Shown in pieces: positions 28,350-39,624 of a DNA stretch of 64,000 nucleotides. Source of the stretch: Verrucomicrobiales bacterium (lineage in GTDB: Bacteria; Verrucomicrobiota; Verrucomicrobiia; Verrucomicrobiales; SLCJ01). The stretch covers positions 40,369-104,368 of the forward strand of contig JBJTQJ010000082.1 in assembly GCA_046075565.1 (NCBI GenBank). Direction: 5' to 3'. Each line of letters begins with the position of its first letter. Position 1 is the first letter of the stretch. The notes beneath the pieces were generated by a model that did no database searches, was not told where the DNA came from, and saw only the letters and a program-made list of their open reading frames with translations. A program made the translations under genes and the position numbers.

Positions 28350-30299
28350 TCAGCCTTCCGGATTCTGCTGTAGGGCGGCAATCGCTCCGAAATCCTCCAA
28401 GGTCGTGGTGTCTCCGGATACCGATCCGGTGGCACAGATTTCCTTGAGCAGGCGGCGCATGATTTTACCCGAGCGGGTTTTCGGCAAGGCACCGGCGAAA
28501 CGGATGTCGTCCGGTTTGGCGATGGCGCCGATGGCTTTGCCAACATGGCTCTTCAGTTCGGCGGCCAGCGCGTCGGAAGATTCGAACCCACCCTTGAGGG
28601 TGACAAATGCGACCACTCCCTGACCTTTGATCTCATCCGGGCGACCAACCACCGCGGCTTCGGCCACGGCCGGGTGGGAAACAAGGGCGCTTTCCACCTC
28701 CGCCGTGCCCAAACGATGCCCGGCGACATTGAGCACGTCGTCCAGACGCCCGACGATCCAGAAATTGCCGAACTCGTCACGGCGCGCACCATCACCGGCG
28801 AGATAGATGCCGGGATATTCCGACCAATAGGCATCGCGGAAACGTTGCGGATCCCCATGGATACCGCGCAACATGGACGGCCACGGGCGGCGGATGACCA
28901 GCTTGCCTCCTTCGTTTGGCGCGCATTCGCGTCCGGTCTCATCGACGATGGCGGCATCCACACCGAAGAATGGCAAGGTCGCGGTGCCGGGTTTGATCGG
29001 TGTCGCGCCGGGCAGCGGGGTGATCATGATTGCTCCCGTCTCGGTCTGCCACCACGTATCGACGATCGGGCAACGTCCGCCGCCGATCTTGCGGTGGTAC
29101 CACATCCATGCTTCCGGGTTGATCGGTTCGCCGACGGAGCCGAGCAATCGTAGCGAACTGAGATCGTGTTTGTCCACGAATTCATCGCCCGCTTTGATGA
29201 AGGCACGGATGGCGGTCGGGGCGGTGTAGAAAATGGTTGCCTTGTATTTCTCGATGATCTGCCAGAACCGGGAGAAGTCGGGATGGTTCGGCGCGCCCTC
29301 GTAAATGATCTGAGTCACTCCATTGGCGAGCGGACCGTAGACGATATAACTATGTCCGGTGATCCATCCGATATCAGCCGTGCACCAATAGACATCATTC
29401 TCGCGCATATCGAAGACATACTTGCAGGTCGTGTAGGTGCCGACCATGTAGCCGCCCGTCGTGTGCATGATGCCCTTTGGTTTGCCGGTCGAACCTGAAG
29501 TGTAGAGAATGAACAGCGGGTGTTCGGCGTCGAATCCCTCGGCCGGGCAGACATCCGGTTGCGCCGCCATTTCTTCTTCCAGCCAATGGTCTCGGCCTTC
29601 CACCATGGTCACGTTGTTCCCGCAACGTTTGCTCACGAAAACATTGGCCACGCCCGGATGTTTCGCCAGGGCTTCATCCACATTCGCCTTCAGTTCAACC
29701 ACTTTCCCACGCCGCCATCCGCCATCCGCTGTGATCACCGCGACAGCCTGCGAATCCTCCAGGCGATCCTTGATCGAATCGGAGGAGAACCCGCCGAAGA
29801 CCACCGAATGCACCGCGCCAATGCGCGCACACGCCAACATCGCGGCCACCGCCTCCGGCACCATCGGCATGTAAATCAAAACCCTCTCGCCGGAGCGGAT
29901 GCCGCGCGCCTTGAGAGCATTTGCCAGACGGCACGTCATGGCCAGCAACTCGCGATAGGTCACCTCGCGGGTATCACCTGGTTCACCTTCCCAAAGCAAG
30001 GCGACCTTGTCTCCGCGGCCGGCCTCGACATGGCGGTCCAGGCAGCTCTGGGTGATATTGACCTTCGCGCCGGTGAACCATTTCGCGTCCGGGGCACTCC
30101 ATTCGCAGACATTTTCCCACGGCTGCTGCCAATAAAGTTCCGAGGCCTCCCGCTTCCAGAAAGCATCGGGATTTTCCAACGACTCGCGGTGCATCTCACG
30201 GTATTGCTCGATGCTTCCGATCCGGGCGCGGGCGCTGAAATCGGCGGGCGGGGCAAAGACGCGGTCTTCCTGAAGGTGGGATTGGATGGATTGGCTCAT
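28350..30299 (-). CDS. acs: Acetyl-CoA synthetase
   Basis: [32 protein letters not shown]. Confidence 0.97.
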   Translation of the reverse strand: MSQSIQSHLQEDRVFAPPADFSARARIGSIEQYREMHRESLENPDAFWKREASELYWQQPWENVCEWSAPDAKWFTGAKVNITQSCLDRHVEAGRGDKVALLWEGEPGDTREVTYRELLAMTCRLANALKARGIRSGERVLIYMPMVPEAVAAMLACARIGAVHSVVFGGFSSDSIKDRLEDSQAVAVITADGGWRRGKVVELKANVDEALAKHPGVANVFVSKRCGNNVTMVEGRDHWLEEEMAAQPDVCPAEGFDAEHPLFILYTSGSTGKPKGIMHTTGGYMVGTYTTCKYVFDMRENDVYWCTADIGWITGHSYIVYGPLANGVTQIIYEGAPNHPDFSRFWQIIEKYKATIFYTAPTAIRAFIKAGDEFVDKHDLSSLRLLGSVGEPINPEAWMWYHRKIGGGRCPIVDTWWQTETGAIMITPLPGATPIKPGTATLPFFGVDAAIVDETGRECAPNEGGKLVIRRPWPSMLRGIHGDPQRFRDAYWSEYPGIYLAGDGARRDEFGNFWIVGRLDDVLNVAGHRLGTAEVESALVSHPAVAEAAVVGRPDEIKGQGVVAFVTLKGGFESSDALAAELKSHVGKAIGAIAKPDDIRFAGALPKTRSGKIMRRLLKEICATGSVSGDTTTLEDFGAIAALQQNPEG

Positions 30300-30430
30300 G
30301 GTGGTATCCGGGGAATCGAAGGGGGCCGGGTGGCGAGAGCGGAGACGCTACCAAGGACCCGGGGGGGCAGGCAATACGAATTTTCGGTCGTCGAAAAATC
30401 CCCGCGGCTCCGGATTTTCTCCGGTGACCC

Positions 30431-32857
30431 TCACGATTTCGCCGGTTCCGGCACCGCGTCTCCGGAAGGTCGGCGATGGGCAAGGGCCCACCAGGCCGGG
30501 AGGACGAGCAGGGCGGTGGAAAGGGCGATGAGAATACCGATACAGGAAATGCGCCCGAAGGAAGCGAGCCCCGGGTCGGCCGCCTGGGTAAGTGTGCCGA
30601 ATCCGACGGCGGTGGTTACCCCGCAGAAGACGAGGGCCTTGCCGGTGCCTATCCAGAGGCGGTGGCGGTCGCCGTTGTAACGCCGCAGGGCCAGCAGCAC
30701 ATGGATGGCGTAGTCAATCCCGGTCCCCAACAAAACGGGCAGGGCGGCGAGGTTCTGGAAAGTCCATGGCTGGTCGATGGCCACCATCACCGCTCCGAGC
30801 ACCAGACCGCAGAAAAGAAGATAGCCAAGGGATAGGAGTAAGTCCCTGCGGTTGCGGAACATCACCGCCAACATCGCCAAGAGAATCGCCACCGTGGGCA
30901 GCACCACGACCCGCACATCGCGCAGCATGAGGGGTTTGATGCTCGATTGCAGGGTCTGCCAGGCGGCGAGATAGACGCCCGGCTGGTTGATCGGAGCCAA
31001 ATCCTCGAAATCGCGATCCTTCATCGCCTCGTAGTCGGCGGGCAGGAGGCTGCCAGCCAGCACATGCGAGTCCTCGTCGCGGGCGAGGAAACGACCGAGC
31101 AGCGCCTTGGCCGCCTCGGATTCGGGGAAAGCCGTTCCGCCTTTGTTGATTTCTCCCGCGAAGCGGGACCAGGCATCGCAAATCGCTCCTGTCAGGGCCG
31201 AGCCTTCTTCGCTGAACCCGGCCTCCGAGGCCGCGGCGAGCAGGGAATCCTTGCGGGCGGCCACGGCGGCGAGCGAGGTTGCGGCGGCGCGCTGGTAATC
31301 GGGCTGCGGCCAGAGGGCAGCCGGCACGGTGGCGGCTTCGAGTTTCCCTTCGGCCTGGAGCTGGCGGATGGCCGATTCGGCACGGCCGAGCGCGGCCCGC
31401 AGCTCTTCGTCATTTTTTCCCTCGACCAGCACGGGGAAATTGCCCTCGCCCCAGGCAGGCAACGACGACTGGATGTCGCGGAACACCTTCATGGCATTCA
31501 AGCGCGATTCCGGCAACTGGCTGAGGTGGTAAGAAAGCTTCGGAAGCCCGGAAATGGCAAAAATGGCCAGGCTGGCCACCGCTCCCGCCACGGTGAGTTT
31601 GCCCCCGTGCAACATCCACCACGGCGCGGGTTTGCCGTCGTCCACCCGCAAGTCGGGTTTGGTATGGCCGGCAGCCAGCAGCGGGACGAAAACAAAAAGC
31701 GTAACCAGGGCAGCCACGGCGATGCCAATCGCCACGAGATTCCCGAGCTGGGCGATGCCCGGGAAGGCGGAAAGATTCAACACGAGGAAAACCGACGCGG
31801 TCGTGGCGGCCGCCCACAGGATCGAAGCACCAATACGCCGCCGCAAGGATCGGGCATCTCCTCCAAAGGACGCATGGTATTGGGCGGCCAAGACGCCGTA
31901 ATCGGCCGCCAGCCCCATTAGAATGGCCGCAAAGCCGATGCTCATGATGCTCAACTCGTCGAAAACCGTCCCGCCAATGGCCAGCGTGGTCGCGAATGTC
32001 AGCGTCAAGCAAACCACAAGAAATAATAAATGCCGGAAATTCCGCTGGATGGCCCAGAACAACAAAGCGATGACAATGCCCGTCAGAATGGTGCTGCCGC
32101 CCAGATCCTTCTCCATGACCGCAGCCACTTCCGACTTATAAGGAGCCTCGCCCGTGATCCCGTGGCGTATCGCGGCGCGCTCCGGGGCGGCGGCTTTCCA
32201 TTTTGTCACATAAGCCTCCAGTTCGGCAATCCACGCCGCGTCTTCCTTGTAGCTCGTATGCACTTTCGGCGCGACGAGGAACACCAACCGCATGGTCCCG
32301 TCCGGCGATGAGAATTCATCCCCCTGCGGGGCATTGCGCATCAGGGTCTCCAGAAAAGGATGGGAGAAAAATCCAAAGGGATCGTATTGCTCCTGCATCG
32401 CGCCGGCCCCGGTGAATTCGCCACCGCTGATCCGCTCGATGGCTTCCGCGAGGGTCGTCGGAGCCTGCTCCGGGGTCATCTTTTCCAGCAGCGGCTTGGT
32501 GATCTCCGGCGGACTATTCATCCACAAGTAAGCCAGGGTCTCGGAAAGAGCGGCCGGATCTTCGAAGGCATCACTGCGCCACTCGACCTTGGACGCCAGC
32601 CCATCCCTCTTCAGGTCGGTAGCCAGAGCCTCGATCTGCTTCTTGAGCGCCGCCGGGTCGGAGTGCCTGAGCGCGATCACCAGGTCCCTCCGCTGATTGA
32701 AATGCTCGCGGTAAAGGCTCAGCGCCTTCACGTTCGGCAACTCGGCCGGCAACACATCCAGGATATCAACATTGAATGAAATCCGCGAAACCCCGAAGAC
32801 CGCGAGCAGCACGGCCGCGATGATGATGAGCAGGAGTCGGGGCAGGGATTGTTTCAC
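30431..32857 (-). CDS. MMPL/RND-like membrane exporter
   Basis: Two repeats of a periplasmic loop plus TM bundle; GLAADYG and GTGIDYAIH motifs. Confidence 0.85.
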   Translation of the reverse strand: MKQSLPRLLLIIIAAVLLAVFGVSRISFNVDILDVLPAELPNVKALSLYREHFNQRRDLVIALRHSDPAALKKQIEALATDLKRDGLASKVEWRSDAFEDPAALSETLAYLWMNSPPEITKPLLEKMTPEQAPTTLAEAIERISGGEFTGAGAMQEQYDPFGFFSHPFLETLMRNAPQGDEFSSPDGTMRLVFLVAPKVHTSYKEDAAWIAELEAYVTKWKAAAPERAAIRHGITGEAPYKSEVAAVMEKDLGGSTILTGIVIALLFWAIQRNFRHLLFLVVCLTLTFATTLAIGGTVFDELSIMSIGFAAILMGLAADYGVLAAQYHASFGGDARSLRRRIGASILWAAATTASVFLVLNLSAFPGIAQLGNLVAIGIAVAALVTLFVFVPLLAAGHTKPDLRVDDGKPAPWWMLHGGKLTVAGAVASLAIFAISGLPKLSYHLSQLPESRLNAMKVFRDIQSSLPAWGEGNFPVLVEGKNDEELRAALGRAESAIRQLQAEGKLEAATVPAALWPQPDYQRAAATSLAAVAARKDSLLAAASEAGFSEEGSALTGAICDAWSRFAGEINKGGTAFPESEAAKALLGRFLARDEDSHVLAGSLLPADYEAMKDRDFEDLAPINQPGVYLAAWQTLQSSIKPLMLRDVRVVVLPTVAILLAMLAVMFRNRRDLLLSLGYLLFCGLVLGAVMVAIDQPWTFQNLAALPVLLGTGIDYAIHVLLALRRYNGDRHRLWIGTGKALVFCGVTTAVGFGTLTQAADPGLASFGRISCIGILIALSTALLVLPAWWALAHRRPSGDAVPEPAKS

Positions 32858-32926
32858 GGGTCCTTGGGGGCGGCAAACTGTGGGACCGGCGAGAGATGTT
32901 CACAAGCCGAAACGTCTTGGGATTGG

Positions 32927-33311
32927 ATTGAAGATTGACGATTGCCGATTTCTTGAAAAACCGGAGGTGCCAAGGAGAAACACGCAGAAATTCGTCAATC
33001 CTCCGTGCGGAGCATGACCCTGCATCGCTCGGCGATGTCTTCCCCGTTGGAGTTCGGGCTTCAGCCCGCAATGCAGTTTCACTGACCATTGAAGACTGCA
33101 AATTGCAGATTTTCGATTTCCTGAAGCCACTGAATAGCCGAGGAGCAACTCACAGAAAATAATAACCTTGAAGGAAAATGAACCACGGATAGGCACGGAT
33201 AAAACACGGATACTCAGAGACCTCGGTGGACTTGGAGTTCTCACCCGGCGGGCAGGAATCAACTTCTTCATAATCCATTCATAATCCGTGGATTCCGTGT
33301 CATCCGTGGTT
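32927..33311. repeat. Composite intergenic repeat with GGAG REP half (33046-33068) and gene-less AACCACGGAT inverted repeat pair (33181-33311)
   Basis: Colinear with 3029-3385. Confidence 0.82.
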
Positions 33312-33567
33312 ACCCATTTCCGAGTCCAGCTATGCACCCCGCCAAACCCCACCGCGGAGAGCCGGCTGGGACGCCGCTGGCTGGTCGAACGAGTGATATC
33401 AGCCACGCACTTCCAACCAAGGCGTCAACTAGAAATCGGCTGATATAAGCACGACCTAGATGAAATCTCTTTGATTTCCAACGTGTTTTTGTATTCAATG
33501 CCGGGAGAATCCCCGCTGGATAGCATTCGGTGGGATACTACGAATAAATACTGTTCACCTTCTAGCC

Positions 33568-33921
33568 ATGGAACCCGCTTTCATCATCGGATTCATCATT
33601 CTTGCAATCGTTATTCGTCTTTTCGCAGGGTCGTTTGATGGCGAGCGCGTTGAGCGGTATGTCCGGGAGATGGGCTGCGAACTTATCGACAAGAGTTGGG
33701 ATCCCTTTGGTCCCGGATGGTTTGGAGAGCAGGACTCACGGATTTATGAGATTGTCTATCGGGATCGCGATGGAAGAGTCCACCGGGCACATGTGAAGAC
33801 AGCCCTACTGAGCGGCGCATACCTGACGAATGATAGAATTGTGGAGGATAGACCCAGGCGATCCGTGGAGGAAGAAAAAGCAGATCTTCGGAGGCGTTTG
33901 GCCGAACTCGAGAACAAATAA
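33568..33921 (+). CDS. Hypothetical protein with N-terminal TM helix
   Basis: 117 aa; WDPFGPGWFGE..RIYE. Confidence 0.75.
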   Translation: MEPAFIIGFIILAIVIRLFAGSFDGERVERYVREMGCELIDKSWDPFGPGWFGEQDSRIYEIVYRDRDGRVHRAHVKTALLSGAYLTNDRIVEDRPRRSVEEEKADLRRRLAELENK

Positions 33922-34068
33922 CAAAGGCCAGGTTCAAGCGCGAAGTGCAACAGAGTGAAGTTTACTAGAAGAGCCCTTTCGGCAGCCGTCGCCAACACCC
34001 GACGAGACCCGCGACATTCCACCCTGTGGGTGATTCGACGATATCATAACCCAACAGAACCAAAAATC

Positions 34069-34794
34069 ATGCCCAAGCCAACTCCACCAACGGCAAGTGC
34101 ATCCGAAGTGCTCGCCCTGCTGGAGGCCGAGAGCGATGAGCGTGGCGTGAGGCACTGGGAAAAGCTGGGCATAGAAACCGCCGGGATGAGGAGCTATGGG
34201 ATCGGGCTCACGCGTCTGCGCGAGCTGGCGAAGCGGATTGGCCGGAACAGGGATCTGGCAATCGCGCTGTGGAAGACCGACGTCTATGACGCAAAGGTCA
34301 TCTCATTGCAGATCGACGACCCCGCCCTAATCACACGCGAGCAGGCAGAGAGGCAGGTCGATCAACTGGCTGGTGGCATGCTGGCCCATGTTTTTGCCTC
34401 CTGCGACGCAACACTGGCGAAGACGTCGTTCGTAGTGGAGCTCGCCGGCCTGTGGATAAGAAGCGCCGACCCGATTCGACGGGCATGCGGTTACGGCCTG
34501 CTCTACGAAGCTTCGAAGTTCTCCGGGAAAAAGGCGCCTAACGAAGAGTTTTTCCTCGCCCAAATCAAGCATATGGAGGAGAAGATTCATGGCGAGCCGG
34601 AGAATGTCCGCCTCGCAATGGGGGCGGCGCTGATGGGCATGGGGAAACGCAGTGCCACGTTAAACAAGGCCGCCTTGAAGCTTGCGTTGGAGGTGGGACC
34701 GATCGAGTTCTCTTCCGCAAGCGGCAAGTGTGAGCCGTTCGACGTCGCGAAGCATTTGACCACGGATCGACTGAAGGAGAAGCTGGGGCTGTAG
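34069..34794 (+). CDS. DNA alkylation repair (AlkD-like HEAT-repeat) protein
   Basis: YGIGLTRLRELAKRIG...LAIALW N-terminal pattern, helical repeats. Confidence 0.78.
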   Translation: MPKPTPPTASASEVLALLEAESDERGVRHWEKLGIETAGMRSYGIGLTRLRELAKRIGRNRDLAIALWKTDVYDAKVISLQIDDPALITREQAERQVDQLAGGMLAHVFASCDATLAKTSFVVELAGLWIRSADPIRRACGYGLLYEASKFSGKKAPNEEFFLAQIKHMEEKIHGEPENVRLAMGAALMGMGKRSATLNKAALKLALEVGPIEFSSASGKCEPFDVAKHLTTDRLKEKLGL

Positions 34795-34930
34795 CGATGA
34801 TGCTAAGCTTGGGTTCCTTTGTGTCCATTGGTGGTTTTTGAACGATGCGGGAAGCTTCCCGGCGGGTTCCCAGGTTGTTGGCGCTTGCAACCGTGGACCC
34901 TGAAGACGACGGTGCGGATATCGCCACCCG

Positions 34931-35317
34931 ATGTCCGAAACCACCTCCAGCCTTGATTTCCTTTACAGCCGCATGGGTGCGGAAAAGATTGCGGCCATGG
35001 TGGCGGCATTCTACCGGCGCGTGCCCGGTGATGATTTGCTCGGGCCGATGTATCCCGGTGACGACCTCGATGGAGCGGAGAAACGTTTGCGTGATTTCCT
35101 CGTCTTCAGGTTGGGTGGTCCGCAAACGTACCTCGAGGAACGTGGTCACCCGCGGTTGCGGATGCGCCATGCGCCGTTTTCGATTGGCGAGCCGGAACGG
35201 GATCGCTGGCTGGAGTTGATGGACGCGGCCATGGCGGAAGCGGGAGTTGATCCCGCACACGTGGCCGTGCTGCGCCCGTTTTTCGCGCAGATCGCCGATT
35301 TCATGAGGAACCGGTGA
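34931..35317 (+). CDS. Group II truncated hemoglobin
   Basis: FYRRV, LGGPQTY.EERGHPRLRMRH, ERDRWL. Confidence 0.9.
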   Translation: MSETTSSLDFLYSRMGAEKIAAMVAAFYRRVPGDDLLGPMYPGDDLDGAEKRLRDFLVFRLGGPQTYLEERGHPRLRMRHAPFSIGEPERDRWLELMDAAMAEAGVDPAHVAVLRPFFAQIADFMRNR

Positions 35318-35329
35318 TCTCGCGGCCTT

Positions 35330-35863
35330 TCACTCGGTTTTCACCGTGAACCTCACGCCGCGGCCGGTCATCCAAGAGCGGTTCACACTTTGGAAGAGGG
35401 CTTCGAGATTCTCCTTATTGTTGAGGCGGAACTCGATGGTATGGGCGTGAGTGGAGTGCGGGTAATTTTTGACCACGAGGCGATCGGTTTGGTTGGCCCC
35501 GGTGCGTTCCTTGACCGTATCAATGGTATCCTGGATGCGGCGGTTGACCGTCTGTCCAGTGGCACTTGGCACATCGGGGCGATAGGGTTCGCCGTAGTAA
35601 AAGCGGGCGATGGCCGTTCCGACCGTATCCACGGTCACTTCCGTGACGACGAATCCGCCATCGACGAGGTATTCGTGTTTGCCGACCGAGGTGATGCGGT
35701 CGAGGGCGACGACGTAGGCGCCGCCGGGTAGCTCGGCCTGCCAGAAGCGGCGGTTGTTGTCGGATTCGGAGGATTGGTTGTTTGGGGCTCCGCCTTCATC
35801 CTGGGCCAAGGCGGCCATTGGACTGAGGCAAAGCAAAAGGGCGAAGAGGTGGCTTGTTTTCAT
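35330..35863 (-). CDS. Hypothetical secreted protein
   Basis: Signal peptide MKTSHLFALLLCLSPMAALA; KNYPHSTHAHTIEFR. Confidence 0.8.
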   Translation of the reverse strand: MKTSHLFALLLCLSPMAALAQDEGGAPNNQSSESDNNRRFWQAELPGGAYVVALDRITSVGKHEYLVDGGFVVTEVTVDTVGTAIARFYYGEPYRPDVPSATGQTVNRRIQDTIDTVKERTGANQTDRLVVKNYPHSTHAHTIEFRLNNKENLEALFQSVNRSWMTGRGVRFTVKTE

Positions 35864-36046
35864 AATGGTGAGTATGCGCTAAAGCTACGGGGGTCGCCAA
35901 GGCCGAAATTTCGTCTTCTTTTCCGTGGAATCCTCCCCGGAAAGAGACGGACAGACGGACGAACCGGTCTCCGGCGCTTGTGAATGAACCCCGATGCGGG
36001 CCGGGAGTTGTCATTTTTCCCGTCCGGCATTAGGATAGATTTCCCT

Positions 36047-37012
36047 ATGGACTCCCGACTCCACGCCATTCTTTGCGCCGCCGCCCTCAGTGGGGCGGGA
36101 ATCCTTCGTGCCCAAGAAGCGGCGGAAGAACCCCAAGACCCTCCTGCTGAACAGGTGGAAATCGAGATCGTGCCGATTCCAGACCCGGAAAAGATGGAAA
36201 AGGCCGAGCCGCCCGCCGAGGCTCCCGAAGCCGGGAAAAAAAAGGACGATAAGAAGGAGGAACCTGCGGAAAAGGAACCCGATCCGGAGGTGAAAAAGGA
36301 CGCGCCGAAGCCGGTGCCGGAAGCTCCCGCGAAAAAGCCGAATCCGCGGGAAGAGGCGCGCGCCAAAACGAAGGCCGCCGCCGAAGCCGATCTGGCGATG
36401 GTCGATGGCGCGCCTCTGGCCGAGCTCGTTCCGTTGCTCGGTCACGAGCGCTTCCGCGTGCGCGAGCGCGCCCAAAAACGCCTTGTCGAGCAACTCGGCG
36501 ACCAAGCCGATGCCATCGGCGATCTCTGCTACGGGGCATACTCGTCCGGGCGCGACCCCGAGATCCGCATGCGCTCCCGGGCCGTCCTGCTCGACCTCGT
36601 GCAACGCTCCTCCGGCACGGGCAAACGTGGCTTCGTCGGCATCGGACTTTTGCTGCACGCGTTCTTCGACAAAAATGGCGAGGTGAATTTCGCCATCCGC
36701 GTTTCCGAAGTTCGTCCCGACACTCCGGCGCAGAAGGCCGGTTTGAAAGTCGATGATATCATCACGGGTATCGACAATACCGTGCTGGCGGACAAAGATG
36801 CGACACAACGGTTCATGGATATCGTCGGTGGCATGCCGCCGGGTCGCGAGGTGACGATTAAATACCGCCGCGATGGCAAGGATGCGGAGGTAAAACTGAA
36901 TCTGATGGCCCGTCCGGATCTTCCGGAAGACATGAATCGACCAAAAACCGATCCCGAGAAGTTGCTACGCGAGTGGCTCGACGCGCGGAAAAAACCGGCG
37001 AGCGAACCGTGA
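36047..37012 (+). CDS. Secreted PDZ-domain protein with HEAT-like repeat
   Basis: Signal peptide, P/E/K-rich linker, GFVGI...PAQKAGLKVDDII PDZ. Confidence 0.82.
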   Translation: MDSRLHAILCAAALSGAGILRAQEAAEEPQDPPAEQVEIEIVPIPDPEKMEKAEPPAEAPEAGKKKDDKKEEPAEKEPDPEVKKDAPKPVPEAPAKKPNPREEARAKTKAAAEADLAMVDGAPLAELVPLLGHERFRVRERAQKRLVEQLGDQADAIGDLCYGAYSSGRDPEIRMRSRAVLLDLVQRSSGTGKRGFVGIGLLLHAFFDKNGEVNFAIRVSEVRPDTPAQKAGLKVDDIITGIDNTVLADKDATQRFMDIVGGMPPGREVTIKYRRDGKDAEVKLNLMARPDLPEDMNRPKTDPEKLLREWLDARKKPASEP

Positions 37013-37021
37013 GGGGACCCA

Positions 37022-39556
37022 TCAATTCCCGTCCCGCCCGGGCAAGGGAAGCTTCGGCAGCGGAATCTTGGGGATGGGCAGCTTCGGGATGCGGAGCGGT
37101 TTCCACTCCGGTTTCCCCAATGTGCCTTCGCATTTGTATTCGAAGATGTAGCTAAAGATCACGGTGGCGACCTCGGCGATCCCGCGGGCATTGAAGCGCG
37201 CGAAAAACTCGACGCCATTCGTGGGCAAATGGATGGTGCCGCGACCATCCATCTTGAAGGCGGGTGTCATGGCGGTGAAGTCTTCCGTCGTCAGGACTCC
37301 TTGGCGCACGGTGGCGGTGGCGGTGGCGGTGCTGGCCACACTGTAGCCGATGCCGCGCTCGGGCAAGACGGCTTCGATCAGTGGTGAAAGCGGTCCGAAG
37401 AGAGGAATGGAAAACAGGTCGCCATTGACCAGCTTCATCGATCCCTCGGCATCCAGTGTGTTCAGGGTCGCATCGGCGCAGGTGAATGTGGCGATCACAT
37501 CGAGCGTGCCTTTGGCGTCGTCGGGACGATCGCTGAAAAGGCGCATGAGCTGTTGGTAGCCGATATCTTTGAGCATGATTTTGCCACTCGATGAAATCTT
37601 CTCCGAACCGAGGTTGTCGAAGCGGAGATTGCCGGATACGCGGCCGCCATAACAAGAGGCCTCCACCACGGGAAGGATCGCGGAACGATCTTTCAGAGTG
37701 AGCATGGCCGAAGGAGACTGCAATGGCAGTTCTTTTCCGAAGGCGGGATAGAGCAACATCCCACGGCTGGCCATGGTCATGCGCAGATCGGATTTCGGGC
37801 CGGTGCGCCCGCCGAGCACGCCATCCACGGCGAGGTCGCCCGGATCAGAGAGTTTGAACTTCGGCACGGCACGGAGCGTTTGTGGGACGACAGCGGCGAT
37901 GACGGTATGCGGCCAACCCTGGCAGCGCACTCCGTTGAATTCCGTTTGACCGAAGGGTGGGTGCAAGGTGATCGATTGCGCCGAGGCGACCGTCTCCGAG
38001 GTCGTGCGCGCGTCGGTGCCAATGCCGGTTGTCGCGCCGGCGGGGATTTTCACCAGCGCGTTTTCGAAGACTTGCTTTGTCTCGCGGATGGCCCATTTGC
38101 CCGTGGCCGAAGTGATGGGCACACCGTGGAAGCGGATGTCCCGTGCTTCGATATTCGTTTCCACCGCCCACGATTCCCGAACCTTGAAATTCCCGAGCAC
38201 GGTGAAGCCCATCGCGCTCGTGCCATTGCCGCAATCGAACGCGGCCAGCAGGTCGCGAACAAAACCACGCGGCACCAGGGGCGCGACGGTTTCCGGATGC
38301 ACGGTGCTTTGCCCGCGCGCGCGCAGCTCGTCACCGTCGAGGAGAATGTCCGCCCGCAAGTCACCGCCTTCTTTTTGCCGGACGCGGAGGTCGCGCAGGA
38401 AAACCCGTTTGCCATCGGAAGCGATGTTGGCGGAGGCGAATTCGAAATGGTCGTCGCCCACTTGGCTGCGGCCGAGGGCGAACGAGCCGGTGAGCACGCC
38501 AATCGGACGCGCCAGTTCCTTGGAAAACGCCAGGCTCCCGCCCGCGGTCACGCGCGGTGGATCGACCAGACGAAAGAGCGGCCAATCGTTAGGCCACAAA
38601 CGCTGCCGGGCCAGCTCCGGCAGCATGGCGGTCGATTCCACATTGAATCGCAACACTCCGGTCGAGCGGATGAAGTCCGCCTCCGCGCGGAACGCTCCAC
38701 CCTCATCGCGGAATCGGATATCCTCCATCTGCAGCAGCCCATTGTCCCAATGACCGGACAAACGGATCTCGCGGGCTTCCATTTCTTCCCACGCGAGCTG
38801 CGGGGCCAGGAACGTGAATTCGAATCTGCCTTCTTCGAGCCGGCCGAGGTCGGCCATCGCGCGCACGCGCAGCTCGGCGGGTGCACCTTTGGGGACACGC
38901 AAGGGCGCGAGTCCCCGCAGGGCCTGCCGCACGGCCAGCCGTTGGTCGTGGCGGACTCCCTGCCAGGTCTTCGGTTTGCCATCGGCTAGTTTTTTCGGAT
39001 GGCGCACCAGCTCGCCGTTCAAGTTGACGCGGACGCCGAGCAGCCGCCCGTTCAGTTCCTGGATTTCCACACTGTCCGCGGAGAACAACACCCGCGCGTT
39101 GCATTCGGATACCTCGAGGCGTTCGCCATCCGGTATTTCCGGATCCACCGGCAACGAAACCTTGGCGTCGCGCACCTTCAGGCTATTCAAATAGATCTCC
39201 TTCTGCATCAGGCGCGTCAAACTCACATCCAAATCGATACGTGATATGTCCGCCAAGATGGTAGGCTCTCGCCGCGCCGTCACACCATCCGACCCGGGCC
39301 CGCCGTCGGGTGGGCGCGACGGATCCTGCGGCTCGTAAACGCGCACGTCCCTCGCCACCAGACCATGCAAGGGATCGATGGTCAATTTCCCGATGGAAAT
39401 GTCGATTCCCTGCCGCGCGAATTCTTTCCGCACCGCTTCTTTCCAGTGTTCCGCCAGTCCCGCGCTGGAAACGTGGATGCCAAGCCAGAGCCCCAGCCCG
39501 ACAACGAGCAGGGCCGACCACATGGCGAGACGGCGGATGAAAAAAGAGAAAAGCAC
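37022..39556 (-). CDS. AsmA-like (bridge-like lipid transfer) protein
   Basis: N-terminal TM anchor, long beta-rich body, C-terminal YKCEGTLGKPEW; start uncertain. Confidence 0.75.
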   Translation of the reverse strand: MLFSFFIRRLAMWSALLVVGLGLWLGIHVSSAGLAEHWKEAVRKEFARQGIDISIGKLTIDPLHGLVARDVRVYEPQDPSRPPDGGPGSDGVTARREPTILADISRIDLDVSLTRLMQKEIYLNSLKVRDAKVSLPVDPEIPDGERLEVSECNARVLFSADSVEIQELNGRLLGVRVNLNGELVRHPKKLADGKPKTWQGVRHDQRLAVRQALRGLAPLRVPKGAPAELRVRAMADLGRLEEGRFEFTFLAPQLAWEEMEAREIRLSGHWDNGLLQMEDIRFRDEGGAFRAEADFIRSTGVLRFNVESTAMLPELARQRLWPNDWPLFRLVDPPRVTAGGSLAFSKELARPIGVLTGSFALGRSQVGDDHFEFASANIASDGKRVFLRDLRVRQKEGGDLRADILLDGDELRARGQSTVHPETVAPLVPRGFVRDLLAAFDCGNGTSAMGFTVLGNFKVRESWAVETNIEARDIRFHGVPITSATGKWAIRETKQVFENALVKIPAGATTGIGTDARTTSETVASAQSITLHPPFGQTEFNGVRCQGWPHTVIAAVVPQTLRAVPKFKLSDPGDLAVDGVLGGRTGPKSDLRMTMASRGMLLYPAFGKELPLQSPSAMLTLKDRSAILPVVEASCYGGRVSGNLRFDNLGSEKISSSGKIMLKDIGYQQLMRLFSDRPDDAKGTLDVIATFTCADATLNTLDAEGSMKLVNGDLFSIPLFGPLSPLIEAVLPERGIGYSVASTATATATVRQGVLTTEDFTAMTPAFKMDGRGTIHLPTNGVEFFARFNARGIAEVATVIFSYIFEYKCEGTLGKPEWKPLRIPKLPIPKIPLPKLPLPGRDGN

Positions 39557-39624
39557 GGACTCCGGGCAGTGTTCCCCGGCCCGGGCACTTGTCAAGCGCG
39601 CTCCTCGGGGCCATCGTAGCCGCC

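Noticed and set aside
33900-34068. Integron attC site
   Set aside because: No complementary RYYYAAC/GTTRRRY pair with a convincing stem, and no integrase in the window.
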